Assembly: GCA_040880725.1 (NCBI GenBank) | Contig: JBBDHV010000005.1 | Span: 56,340-120,339 of the forward strand | Reading direction: 5' to 3' | Length of the DNA stretch: 64,000 nt | Source of the DNA: Acidimicrobiia bacterium | GTDB taxonomy: Bacteria > Actinomycetota > Acidimicrobiia > Spongiisociales > ZC4RG35 | Shown here: piece after piece, positions 24,921-36,373 of the stretch | How positions within the stretch are numbered: position 1 is the stretch's first letter | Layout of the letters: each line of letters opens with the position of its first letter | The notes under the pieces: generated by a model | The model's database searches: none | What the model saw: only the letters and a program-made list of their open reading frames with translations | What the model was told of the DNA's origin: nothing | Translations under genes and position numbers: made by a program

Positions 24921-26255
24921 ATGATGCTGTACCACGACAAAGACAGTGACCGGAAAGATAGCACCGTACGGCCGGAGTCGGCCGCCGGCGTGGCGGAACT
25001 GATCGAAGCTGAGATCGCCGCCGGCCGTCTGGCCGGAGGCGACCGACTCCCCTCCATCCGGGAGACAGCCGACTCGTTCTCCCTTGCGCCGAACACCGTG
25101 GCGGCCGCGTATCGGCGACTGGCTGATCGCGGAGTGGTCATGAGTCGAGGGCGTGCCGGCACCTTCGTGTTGGATCGACCACCCCTTGGCGTGCATCGGT
25201 CGCCCGCGGTGCCCGCCGGATCGGTCGACCTCGCATCCGGGGGTCCCGATCCGAGGCTGCTGCCCGACCTCGGGCGGTTCGTCGTCCACACGGGGCCGTC
25301 CTCGTCCTACATCGATCCGCCGATCCTCCCCGAACTCGTCGACGCGGGGACCCGCTGGCTGTCCGGGCAGGGGTACGAAGCACGCCGCCTGATTGTCACG
25401 TCGGGTGGTCTCGATGCGATCGAGCGCGTCCTCGTCGCCCATCTCCGTCCCGGCGATGCAGTCGCGGTCGAGCGTCCCGGATGGTCTGCAGTCACGGATC
25501 TCGTCGCGGCGCTCGGCATGCGAAGCATGGGTGTGGAAATCGACGATCGGGGGATGCGTCCCGCCGATCTCGCCGAGCGACTCGGGGCCGTGGACGCGGT
25601 CGTCGTGACCCCCCGAGCCCAGAATCCGACGGGTGCGGCCCTCGATGCCGCTCGCCGCGATGCGCTCTTAGACGTGCTGAAGGCGAAACCTGACGTTCTC
25701 GTGATCGAAGACGACCACGCCGGGCCGGTCGCCGGGACTCCACTTCATGCGCTGAGCCCCGGACTCCGGCGCTGGGCGTTCGTCCAGTCCGTCGCCAAGG
25801 CCCTGGGACCGGACCTCCGCCTTGCCCTCGTTGCCGGAGACGACCTCACTCTCGATCGGGTGAGCGGCCGCTTCGGCGTCGGACCAGGCTGGGTGAGCCG
25901 AATACTCCAAGGGGCCGTCGCTGCGATGATGTCCGATCCCGAGGTCGGTCGCCGCCTCACGGGTGCCGCGAGCGAATACACCCTGCGGCGCGACACGCTC
26001 ATGTCCGCACTCGCCGAGGGAGGGCTGAACGCCGTGACCGGACGCTCCGGACTCAACGTCTGGGCCCAAGTCGGTTCCGAGGACGGAGCCGTCACCGCAG
26101 CGGCAGATGAAGGGTTCGTGGTGCGCGGCGGCGGTGCGTTCTTCGCCGACCAGCCCGCGATTCGAATCACCGTGTCGAATTTGACGATGGAGGACATCCC
26201 CAGGCTCGTCGCCGCCGTCACCGATCGGGGCGACCCTGGTCGGCGGCTCGTGTAG
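24921..26255 (+). CDS. MocR/PdxR-type regulator (GntR HTH fused to an aminotransferase-like domain)
   Basis: HTH 'LPSIRETADSFSLAPNTVAAAYRRLADRGVVMSRGRAGTFV' followed by a ~350-aa fold-type-I aminotransferase-like domain. Divergent from the PNPOx-EamA pair. Confidence 0.85.
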   Translation: MMLYHDKDSDRKDSTVRPESAAGVAELIEAEIAAGRLAGGDRLPSIRETADSFSLAPNTVAAAYRRLADRGVVMSRGRAGTFVLDRPPLGVHRSPAVPAGSVDLASGGPDPRLLPDLGRFVVHTGPSSSYIDPPILPELVDAGTRWLSGQGYEARRLIVTSGGLDAIERVLVAHLRPGDAVAVERPGWSAVTDLVAALGMRSMGVEIDDRGMRPADLAERLGAVDAVVVTPRAQNPTGAALDAARRDALLDVLKAKPDVLVIEDDHAGPVAGTPLHALSPGLRRWAFVQSVAKALGPDLRLALVAGDDLTLDRVSGRFGVGPGWVSRILQGAVAAMMSDPEVGRRLTGAASEYTLRRDTLMSALAEGGLNAVTGRSGLNVWAQVGSEDGAVTAAADEGFVVRGGGAFFADQPAIRITVSNLTMEDIPRLVAAVTDRGDPGRRLV

Positions 26256-26265
26256 CGTCGCGTCG

Positions 26266-26724
26266 ATGGCTGTCACCACTTTCCACTCTGTCGACGACCT
26301 TCGTTCCGCGGTGGGATCACACCTCGGGTATTCGGAATGGTGGGAGATCACCCAGGACCGGGTGAACCGGTTCGCCGATGCGACCGACGATCACCAGTTC
26401 ATCCATGTCGATCCCGAAAAGGCGGCCCAGTCGCCGTTCGGCACCACCATTGCCCACGGATATCTGACGCTTTCCCTCGCCGTTCCGCTCACCCAGGAGA
26501 TCGTGGAGGTGAAGGGTTTGCGCATGGCGGTGAACTACGGCACGAACAGGGTCCGGTTCCCCGCCCCTGTGCCGATCGGATCGAAGCTCCGGGTGGGTGC
26601 GGTCCTCGACTCGGTCGAGGACGTGACCGGCGGGGTCCAGGTCGTCTACACCCTCACCTACGAGGTCGAGGGCGGCACCAAGCCCGTCTGTGTCGCCGAG
26701 ACGGTCAGCCGCTACTACTTCTGA
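26266..26724 (+). CDS. MaoC-like (R)-specific enoyl-CoA hydratase / hot-dog dehydratase
   Basis: 152 aa. Has 'FADATDDHQFIHVDPEKAAQSPFGTTIAHGYLTLSL', the MaoC hydratase motif. Confidence 0.85.
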   Translation: MAVTTFHSVDDLRSAVGSHLGYSEWWEITQDRVNRFADATDDHQFIHVDPEKAAQSPFGTTIAHGYLTLSLAVPLTQEIVEVKGLRMAVNYGTNRVRFPAPVPIGSKLRVGAVLDSVEDVTGGVQVVYTLTYEVEGGTKPVCVAETVSRYYF

Positions 26725-26793
26725 CGCCCTCTCCGATGAGGTGAACGTGGAATTCTCGTCGCTGACCCGGTGAAGCGGATCAGTTTTGGACGG

Positions 26794-27786
26794 CTACTCC
26801 GACCGGGCCTCACGCGTCATGAGGGCGAGGACCGCCTCCCGGGGGTGGGCGCCTTCGTAGAGGACGCGGGCGACCTGGGTGGCGATCGGCATCTCGATGC
26901 GGTGCTTGGTGGCGAGTCCGAGGACCGGGCGAGCGGTTTTGACGCCCTCGGCGACCATCTGCATCTCGGAAACGATGTCGTCGAGCTTCCGGCCGGATGC
27001 CAGCGCCATTCCGACGCGGTTGTTGCGACTGTCGTCGGACTCACAGGTGGCGATGAGATCGCCCATTCCCGCGAGGCCGGCGAACGTCTCGGATCGACCG
27101 CCCATGGCCACGCCCAGACGGGTGATCTCGGCGAGGGCGCGAGTGATGAGTGCCGCCAGGGTGTTCTGTCCGAATCCGAGCCCCCTGGCCATGCCGGCGG
27201 CGATCGCCATGACGTTCTTCAGCGAGCCCGCCAGCTCGCACCCGGTCAGGTCGGTGTTGGTGTAGACGCGGAAGGTGGGGTCCATGAGCGCGCCTTGCAG
27301 CAGGGCTGCGGTGGCGGTGTCCACCATCCCGATCACGGCCGCGGCCGGTGCTCCGGCGATCACTTCCCGAGCGAGGTTGGGTCCGGTCATCACCCCGCTC
27401 CTGGTCGGATCATGGCGGGGGAGAACCGACGCCGTGACTTCGGTCATCCGCATCAACGAGTCCTGCTCGATGCCCTTGGTGAGGCTCAGAATGGGCAGGT
27501 CGTCACCCACCGCGGGGGCGAGGGCGGTGAGCACGTCCCGAAACCCGTGTGAGGGGACGGCCATGACGACCGCGTCCGCCCCATCGGCCGCCTCACCCGG
27601 ATCCGAGGTCGCCCTGAGACCGTGGGGAAGGCGGTGGCCGGCGAGATAGTCCGGGTTCTCGCCCGTCGAGTTGATCGCCTCCGCGAGTTCGGGGCGACGC
27701 GCCCAAAGGACCACTGGGTTGGTGCGTGCCGCGAGGGACGCCACCGTTGTTCCCCAGGATCCGGCTCCAATCACAGCGATGCGCAT
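26794..27786 (-). CDS. gpsA: NAD(P)H-dependent glycerol-3-phosphate dehydrogenase
   Basis: ATG 27786 (MRIAVIGAGSWGTT). Has 'LTKGIE', 'GPNLAREV', 'GSLKNVMAIAAG' and 'GDLIATC'. Confidence 0.9.
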   Translation of the reverse strand: MRIAVIGAGSWGTTVASLAARTNPVVLWARRPELAEAINSTGENPDYLAGHRLPHGLRATSDPGEAADGADAVVMAVPSHGFRDVLTALAPAVGDDLPILSLTKGIEQDSLMRMTEVTASVLPRHDPTRSGVMTGPNLAREVIAGAPAAAVIGMVDTATAALLQGALMDPTFRVYTNTDLTGCELAGSLKNVMAIAAGMARGLGFGQNTLAALITRALAEITRLGVAMGGRSETFAGLAGMGDLIATCESDDSRNNRVGMALASGRKLDDIVSEMQMVAEGVKTARPVLGLATKHRIEMPIATQVARVLYEGAHPREAVLALMTREARSE

Positions 27787-27867
27787 GCGAGCGGACCCTA
27801 CCGGTCGACTTGGACGGTGCGATGCCGCCGCTACCTTTTCGGACTTCCCCTCTCCGGAGTTGTTCAC

Positions 27868-28956
27868 ATGGCGTTGCAAGTCGGCATCGTCGGTCTTCCC
27901 AACGTTGGCAAGTCGACACTCTTCAACGCGCTGACCGCGGCGGGGGCAGAGGCCGCGAACTATCCGTTCGCCACCATCGAGCCGAACGTCGGCGTGGTGG
28001 CTGTTCCCAACGAACGACTTGGCCAGATCAACACGGTGATCGAAACCAAGCGCGTCATCCCCACTTCCGTCGAGATCCTCGACATCGCCGGACTCGTCAA
28101 GGGCGCTTCGCAAGGCGAGGGTCTCGGCAATCAGTTCCTCGGGCACATTCGCTCGGTCGACGCGGTGATCCATCTCGTGCGCTGTTTCGAAGGCGACGTG
28201 ACCCACGTCGAAGGCTCAGTCGACCCGGCGCGGGACATCGACACGATCGACCTCGAGCTGATCCTCGCCGACCTGGCGCTGGTCGACCGCCGTCTCGATC
28301 GTCTCCGCCGCGCCGTGAAGACGGGCGACAAGGGGCTCGCGTTGGCACTGGATGTCACTGAACGACTTCACCTCTGGCTGGCGGACGGCAACCCGGCGCG
28401 GTCGATGTCCATGACCGCCGATGAGCGCGAAACCCTGCGGGACTCCCAGCTGATCACCTCCAAGCCGGTTCTCTTCGTGTGCAATGTCGACGAATCCGGC
28501 CTGTCTCCGAACTCACATGTCGACACCGTCCGCCGGATTGCCGATGAGTCGGAATCGGGACTCGTTGTCATCTGCGCCCAAGCCGAGGCGGACATCGCAG
28601 AGCTGGCCGGGGACGATCGTGACGCTTTTCTCGACGACCTCGGGTTGTCCGAACCGGGACTCGCGTCGTTGTCCCGCGAGGCCTACGGACTTCTCGACCT
28701 CGACACCTTCTTCACGGCGGGTCCCCAGGAGATCCGGGCATGGACGATCAGGCGGGGGACGAGGGCGCCGCAGGCCGCAGGGGTCATTCACACCGATTTC
28801 GAGAAGGGCTTCATCCGCGCCGAGGTGTACACGATCCCCGACCTCCTGCAACACGGTTCCGAGGCGGCGTTGCGCGCGGCCGGAAAGCTCCGGGTGGAGG
28901 GTAAGGACTACGTCGTGGCGGACGGCGACGTCGTCTTCTTCCGTTTCAACGTGTGA
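27868..28956 (+). CDS. ychF: redox-regulated ribosome-binding ATPase YchF
   Basis: ATG 27868 ([23 protein letters not shown]). Has '[13 protein letters not shown]' and the C-terminal TGS-like '[14 protein letters not shown]'. Confidence 0.95.
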   Translation: MALQVGIVGLPNVGKSTLFNALTAAGAEAANYPFATIEPNVGVVAVPNERLGQINTVIETKRVIPTSVEILDIAGLVKGASQGEGLGNQFLGHIRSVDAVIHLVRCFEGDVTHVEGSVDPARDIDTIDLELILADLALVDRRLDRLRRAVKTGDKGLALALDVTERLHLWLADGNPARSMSMTADERETLRDSQLITSKPVLFVCNVDESGLSPNSHVDTVRRIADESESGLVVICAQAEADIAELAGDDRDAFLDDLGLSEPGLASLSREAYGLLDLDTFFTAGPQEIRAWTIRRGTRAPQAAGVIHTDFEKGFIRAEVYTIPDLLQHGSEAALRAAGKLRVEGKDYVVADGDVVFFRFNV

Positions 28957-28960
28957 ACGT

Positions 28961-28995
28961 GATGAGGCCCCGGTAAGGGGGACCGGGGCCTCATC
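28961..28995 (+). terminator. stem-loop terminator after ychF
   Basis: GATGAGGCCCCGGT, a 7-nt loop, then ACCGGGGCCTCATC: a perfect 14-bp stem starting 5 nt after the stop. No U-tract, as is common in high-GC actinobacteria. Confidence 0.6.
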
Positions 28996-29225
28996 AGCTC
29001 TCCCTCCAAGGGAGGACCGCACGGAGTTCAACGGGCGTGCCAGGGGTGGTGCCCAACTCCAGTGCGATATCAAGCGGGGATGTGGGGGAACACCTCCCGC
29101 CCGCCCGCTGCACACTAGAGCCACGGGTTTGCTCCGTGCAACCATCGCTTTGTGGGTCGAAATAACCCCGAGAACGGTCGGCTGGGACCGACCGCGCGAC
29201 CGGTAGGCTGCGACTGCCGACGAAC

Positions 29226-29310
29226 CTGGCGGGAGAGACCCTCTCCGGAGGGCGCCGAAGGGGCAATCCATCCCCGGAAACTCTCAGGCATCAGGACCGC
29301 ACAGGGAAGG
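29226..29310 (+). promoter_or_regulatory. glycine riboswitch aptamer (single copy) in the gcvP leader
   Basis: CTGGCGGGAGAGACC...GGGCGCCGAAGGGGCAATCC...GGAAACTCTCAGGCATCAGGACCGCACAGGG contains the conserved GGAGAG, CGCCGAAGGGGCAA, CUCUCAGGC and GGAC blocks. It lies about 60 nt upstream of the gcvP ATG. Confidence 0.8.
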
Positions 29311-29367
29311 CAGCGCTGTGTCGGGGTGTCCGGCCGAGGCGGGGGAACGACGACTCCAGGAGACGTG

Positions 29368-32175
<2,808 letters not shown>

Positions 32176-32289
32176 ACGAATTCCTTCACCAGGCGGACGA
32201 ACGTGCCGATTCGAGTGGGGCTGTGATCGAGGGCCCCCTCGCAGCGGGCGGGCGTCCCAGACACGATTTCGCAACGGAGACACAAACAG

Positions 32290-33663
32290 GTGGATTTCAG
32301 GGGTCATCTTCGGCTTCCGGAGGATGCCGGTACCGGCATCCCTGTCCTGTTGCGTCTCGACGACATTTTCGTGGTCATCTCCTCCGGCGTCGACGAGCTG
32401 GGTACTTGGCGTGCCGACGACGTCGCCATCGAGCGGATCTTCTCGAACCAGTTCGCGATCGAGCTCGATGGCGAGTCGATGGTGTTCCTTGCCCACGACG
32501 CGCTGGGATTCGCCTACGACGGAATCAGCGCGATCGAGGATCTGCAGGAGCGGCTGACCAAACGGCGCGTCTTCAAGCGCACCAAGAAGAAGCTGAAACC
32601 GGTCGAGACGCCTGCGGAAAGCCAGCCTGCGGATAGCGAGCCTGCGGCAGCGGTGACGCCACAGCCGGTGTCGGCCGGTCGCGCTGCTGTCGAGACCCCG
32701 GATGCACCTGCCGCGCCGTCGGAAGAGGAGTTGGTGGACGAACCGGTGCTCGCCGGAGAGACGAAGGCGATCTGGACACCTCCGTCCGCCTCCCAACCTG
32801 CGTCCCAGCCACACGCCGCGACCGAACCCGACATCGAAGTTGCGGTCCCCGACCCCGTTCAGCGTCGCGTCGGAGCCGAGCCGCCGGTGCCGCCCGCCGC
32901 CGATCTGCGCGTGTCGTATCCCCAGCCTTCCACCCCTCCGCCGCCGGCAGCGGAGTCATTCGTCCCGCCGGCGGAGGACGACGTGAGCGTGTCTCCGCCC
33001 GTCGAGGAATCGCCGATCGAGGTTCCGCTTCCTTCCCCCGTGGTGGATGCTCCCACCGGCGACGAGCCCGAATTCGAAATCGAGGAAGTGAGCGCCGCGT
33101 CGACCGGCGGGACATGGGCCGACGATGCGACCGTCGAAATCGAATCCGATGAACCCGAGATCGAGATCGAGATCGAAGAGTACGTGCTGCCGTCGGCGGG
33201 AGCGGTGGACATCTTCACTGCCCCGGCACCGGACGCCGATGATGACGTCGAACCGGCGCCCGCGGAGATCCCTGAGCAGCAGACAGAAGCCGCACGCGAC
33301 GGGTCGTCACCGGAGTCGCCGCGCCCGGGTCTCGAAGAGTACGCAGCCGAAGGCGAGGATCTCGTCGAAGGGAGACATCTCGCCGAGGACGCGGAGGAGC
33401 CCGCGACCGACGCGCCTGCCGAAGAGGCACGGGCGTCCAATGGGCACACCAAATCCCCCGTGTCTCCCAAGTCCGACGACTCGCAAGATTCGAACAGGCG
33501 GGAGCGCCGGCATTCGCTCTTCGGCCGATCTCGTGACAAGAAGGCACCTCCTCACGAGCACCAATACGGTGAGCCGAAGACGATCGGTGGCCTGAAGCGC
33601 CAGGTGTGTGATATCTGCGCACATGTCACGTTCAGTGGTGAGGACGTGTACCAGGGCTGGTGA
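32290..33663 (+). CDS. hypothetical protein: ~95-aa folded N-domain, ~300-aa acidic Pro/Glu/Ala-rich low-complexity region, short basic Cys-containing tail
   Basis: 457-aa ORF with a GTG start. GC3-rich codon usage consistent with coding. Its stop overlaps the next gene's GTG. No recognisable family. Confidence 0.6.
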   Translation: MDFRGHLRLPEDAGTGIPVLLRLDDIFVVISSGVDELGTWRADDVAIERIFSNQFAIELDGESMVFLAHDALGFAYDGISAIEDLQERLTKRRVFKRTKKKLKPVETPAESQPADSEPAAAVTPQPVSAGRAAVETPDAPAAPSEEELVDEPVLAGETKAIWTPPSASQPASQPHAATEPDIEVAVPDPVQRRVGAEPPVPPAADLRVSYPQPSTPPPPAAESFVPPAEDDVSVSPPVEESPIEVPLPSPVVDAPTGDEPEFEIEEVSAASTGGTWADDATVEIESDEPEIEIEIEEYVLPSAGAVDIFTAPAPDADDDVEPAPAEIPEQQTEAARDGSSPESPRPGLEEYAAEGEDLVEGRHLAEDAEEPATDAPAEEARASNGHTKSPVSPKSDDSQDSNRRERRHSLFGRSRDKKAPPHEHQYGEPKTIGGLKRQVCDICAHVTFSGEDVYQGW

Positions 33664-34157
33664 AGGAACCAACGATTCACCCAGGGGCGTTCGTCGCTCC
33701 CGACGCCCAGATCCACGGAGATGTACAGATCGACGACGCGGCAGTCGTGCTCTTCGGCGTCGTGATGCGCGCCGAGTTCGATCAGATCCGGGTCGGGAGC
33801 CAGACCAACATCCAGGATGGCGTCGTCGTCCACTGCGACGCAGGTGTCCCCGCGACCGTCGGTGAGCGCGTGACTGTGGGACACGCAGCCGTGATCCATG
33901 GGTCGACCATCGGCAACGACTGTCTCGTCGGTATCGGGAGTCGGACTCTCAATCGGTCGGTGCTTGGCGAGGGTGCGTGGCTCGGGGCCGGCGCCGTCCT
34001 CACCGAAGGCAGCGACATTCCTCCGTGGACTCTCGCGCTTGGGATCCCGGCCCGACCGGTCCGCGAGTTGACGTCCGAGGAGGTCGAGCGACAACGCCGC
34101 GGAGTTGAGAGCTACCAGGAGATCGCCGCGCGCTATCGCGCGCGCTTCACGACCTGA
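33660..34157 (+). CDS. gamma-carbonic-anhydrase-like / hexapeptide-repeat (LbH) protein
   Basis: 165 aa. Has 'IHPGAFVAPDAQIHGDVQIDD', 'NIQDGVVVH' and 'VGHAAVIHGSTIG', typical of the YrdA/PaaY family. Confidence 0.85.
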   Translation: MKEPTIHPGAFVAPDAQIHGDVQIDDAAVVLFGVVMRAEFDQIRVGSQTNIQDGVVVHCDAGVPATVGERVTVGHAAVIHGSTIGNDCLVGIGSRTLNRSVLGEGAWLGAGAVLTEGSDIPPWTLALGIPARPVRELTSEEVERQRRGVESYQEIAARYRARFTT

Positions 34158-34920
34158 GCCGAGTTCCCGGCTCCCACTGGAACCTTCGGGCGGTGATCCA
34201 GGCGCCGACGAGTCCCCAGGCGAACAGCGCGGCGAGTTCGGTGAGGGGGAAGTCAGGGTCGATCAGTGGGTTCCACTGCTCGGAGAAGGCCGCGACGAAC
34301 GGACGCAACGGGAACACGGCGGCGACGGTCGCGAGCCACTCGGGACCCGACTCGACCGGGAAGAAGATTCCCGAGATGAAGGCCAGGGGGAGAATCGTTG
34401 CGTTGGCGATCGCCGGAGCAGCCTGACCGTTGGTGGCCAGACTGGAGACCGCCAGCGCCAGTGCGGACCAGCAGGCCGCTCCGACGACGAGGACCAGCAA
34501 CGCCAACGGGAGCCGTGCCCAGAGCACCTGAACGTCGAATGCGATCACGCCGACAACCAGCATGATCACGACACTCGTCAGCCCGACGCCGGTTGCCGCA
34601 AGCACCCGACCGGCGATGTAGATCCGCGGCGGGAGGGGGGTGCCCAGCACTCGCTTCAGGATCCCCTCGTCCCGGTCCATCGACGTCGTGATCACCAAAT
34701 TCGTGTAGCAGGCGGTGACGATCGAGAAGACCGCGATCGCCGGTGTGAAGAACTGAGAGAACTCCAGGCCGCCGAGGGCGTCGATGCTCGCATCACCGTT
34801 CAGGAGGTTCAGCATGAGAAGGAACATGAGCGGGAATGCGACCGTGAAGAACGCCGCAATCGGGACTCGCCAGAAGACCCGTGTGTGGTGGGTGAATTCC
34901 CACCAGAGCATCCGGTTCAC
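34147..34920 (-). CDS. ABC-2 type exporter permease
   Basis: The GTG 34920 overlaps the ATPase stop (GTGA). The alternative start is ATG 34911 (MLWWEF..). Six TM segments and 'ILKRVLGTPLP', typical of the ABC-2 family. Confidence 0.8.
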   Translation of the reverse strand: MNRMLWWEFTHHTRVFWRVPIAAFFTVAFPLMFLLMLNLLNGDASIDALGGLEFSQFFTPAIAVFSIVTACYTNLVITTSMDRDEGILKRVLGTPLPPRIYIAGRVLAATGVGLTSVVIMLVVGVIAFDVQVLWARLPLALLVLVVGAACWSALALAVSSLATNGQAAPAIANATILPLAFISGIFFPVESGPEWLATVAAVFPLRPFVAAFSEQWNPLIDPDFPLTELAALFAWGLVGAWITARRFQWEPGTRLRS

Positions 34921-35813
34921 GAGGATTCGCCCACGAGGTCGAGATAGACGTCTTCGAGCGTCGGTCGAACCACTTCGAGGCCGTCGAGAGCGACGTCGTG
35001 TTCGAGCGCCCATCCCGTGAGCTCGTGCAGGGCCGCCACCGGGTTGGCGTCGGCGATCTCGACCCAGCCGTTGTCTGCAGTCGAAGACTCTGCGGCGAGT
35101 CCCTTCGGCAGCGGGAGGCCGGGGGATCGAAATCGGATCCGGGCGACCTTCTGCTGGCGGCCCCCGAGCGTCGACGGGTCGCCCTCGGCCACGATCCGGC
35201 CGTGTGCGATCACCGCCACGCGGTCCGCCAGTTGCTGGGCCTCGTCGAGGTAGTGAGTCGTCAAGATCACCGTGGTCCCACCGGCGGTGAGTTCGGCGAC
35301 GAGACGCCACGCTTCGCGACGAGCGGCGGGGTCGAACCCCGTCGTGGGTTCGTCGAGGAAGATCAGCTGCGGCTGTCCGACGATGGCGGCTGCCATGTCG
35401 ACGCGGCGACGCTGTCCCCCGGAGAGTGACTTGATCCGGGCGTCGGCCTTCTCGGTGAGCCCGACCCGCCCGATCGTGTGATCGACATCGGCCGGATTGC
35501 GGTACAGGCGGGCGAGACGGGTGAGCGCCTCCCGCACCGTCAGCTCCTTTTCGATCCCCGACTGTTGCAGCACGATGCCGATCCGGTCACGCCATGAGGG
35601 AGGTGCTCGCCGCGGATCCTCCTCGAGCACCGTCACCGAGCCGGAGTCCCGGGACCGGTACCCCTCGAGGATTTCGACGGTGGTGGTCTTGCCCGCCCCG
35701 TTCGGGCCCAGGAGGGCAAAGACTTCGCCCGCCTCGACGCGGAAGCTGACACCGTCGAGCGCGACGACATCGCCGTAGCGCTTTCGGAGATTGGTCGCTT
35801 CGATGACAGCCAT
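34917..35813 (-). CDS. ABC transporter ATP-binding protein (DrrA/ABC-2 type)
   Basis: ATG 35813 (MAVIEATNLRKRYG). Has 'GPNGAGKTT', 'LSGGQRRRVDMA' and 'IFLDEPTTGFD'. Confidence 0.9.
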   Translation of the reverse strand: MAVIEATNLRKRYGDVVALDGVSFRVEAGEVFALLGPNGAGKTTTVEILEGYRSRDSGSVTVLEEDPRRAPPSWRDRIGIVLQQSGIEKELTVREALTRLARLYRNPADVDHTIGRVGLTEKADARIKSLSGGQRRRVDMAAAIVGQPQLIFLDEPTTGFDPAARREAWRLVAELTAGGTTVILTTHYLDEAQQLADRVAVIAHGRIVAEGDPSTLGGRQQKVARIRFRSPGLPLPKGLAAESSTADNGWVEIADANPVAALHELTGWALEHDVALDGLEVVRPTLEDVYLDLVGESS

Positions 35814-35853
35814 CAGGTCGTCACCGGTGGCTGAGGAACGTCCTGAGGACGAC

Positions 35854-36303
35854 TCAGAGCCCCCACTTCCAGACCATCGCCGCGAGAGTGACCAGGAGGA
35901 TCGTGATGTCGAGCAGTTCGATCGGGCGCGTCTTTTTGGCGATGGCATCGGCGCCGGCGGCGTCGCCGTCCTCCAGCTTGGCGGCAGCAGCCTCGCCGCG
36001 CTTGCCGAACACGGCGGGTCCGACGGTCGCACCGAAGATCACGGCGGCAAAGCCGATGGACACGAACGGAGTCCCGAATCCCACTGCCTCGTTGTCCACG
36101 ACCAGGAGGATCCCTGACACCAGCACGATCACGGCCGCCGGGGCGAACAGGCGTGTACCCATGGCGACGCTGCTCCGGTACCAAAGAGCCCTGGCCGCGG
36201 GCGCTCCCGCCTGTACGACGGGGGCTTCGACGAGTTGGCGGATGGCGGCGCCGATCCACGCGGCCGCGGCGGCGATGTGCAGGAACAGCCAGAACTCGTA
36301 CAT
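35854..36303 (-). CDS. small integral membrane protein (4 TM), unknown function
   Basis: ATG 36303 (MYEFWLFLHIAAAAAWIGAA). 149 aa. It lies upstream of the ABC-2 pair on the same strand. Confidence 0.6.
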   Translation of the reverse strand: MYEFWLFLHIAAAAAWIGAAIRQLVEAPVVQAGAPAARALWYRSSVAMGTRLFAPAAVIVLVSGILLVVDNEAVGFGTPFVSIGFAAVIFGATVGPAVFGKRGEAAAAKLEDGDAAGADAIAKKTRPIELLDITILLVTLAAMVWKWGL

Positions 36304-36373
36304 GGTGACCCTTCTCGTGTGGCGCAACGACGTTAACGCCTGGCTCGATGTGTGGTCGGTAGCCTGAGATTCG

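Noticed and set aside
29019-29139. 8-nt long-range complementarity (GCACGGAG / CTCCGTGC) suggesting a ~120-nt structured RNA.
   Set aside because: An 8-bp match within about 120 nt is not far from chance in GC-rich DNA, and I cannot test covariation. It is mentioned only inside the gcvP-leader finding.
29100-29225. Possible first aptamer of a tandem glycine riboswitch.
   Set aside because: It lacks the GGAGAG, CACCGAAGGGGCAA and CUCUCAGGC blocks. Only generic hairpins are present. I report it as unexplained leader instead.
33157-33174. Tandem (GAGATC)x3 repeat.
   Set aside because: It lies inside the acidic low-complexity coding region and encodes EIEIEI. It is not an independent repeat element or a CRISPR-like array.
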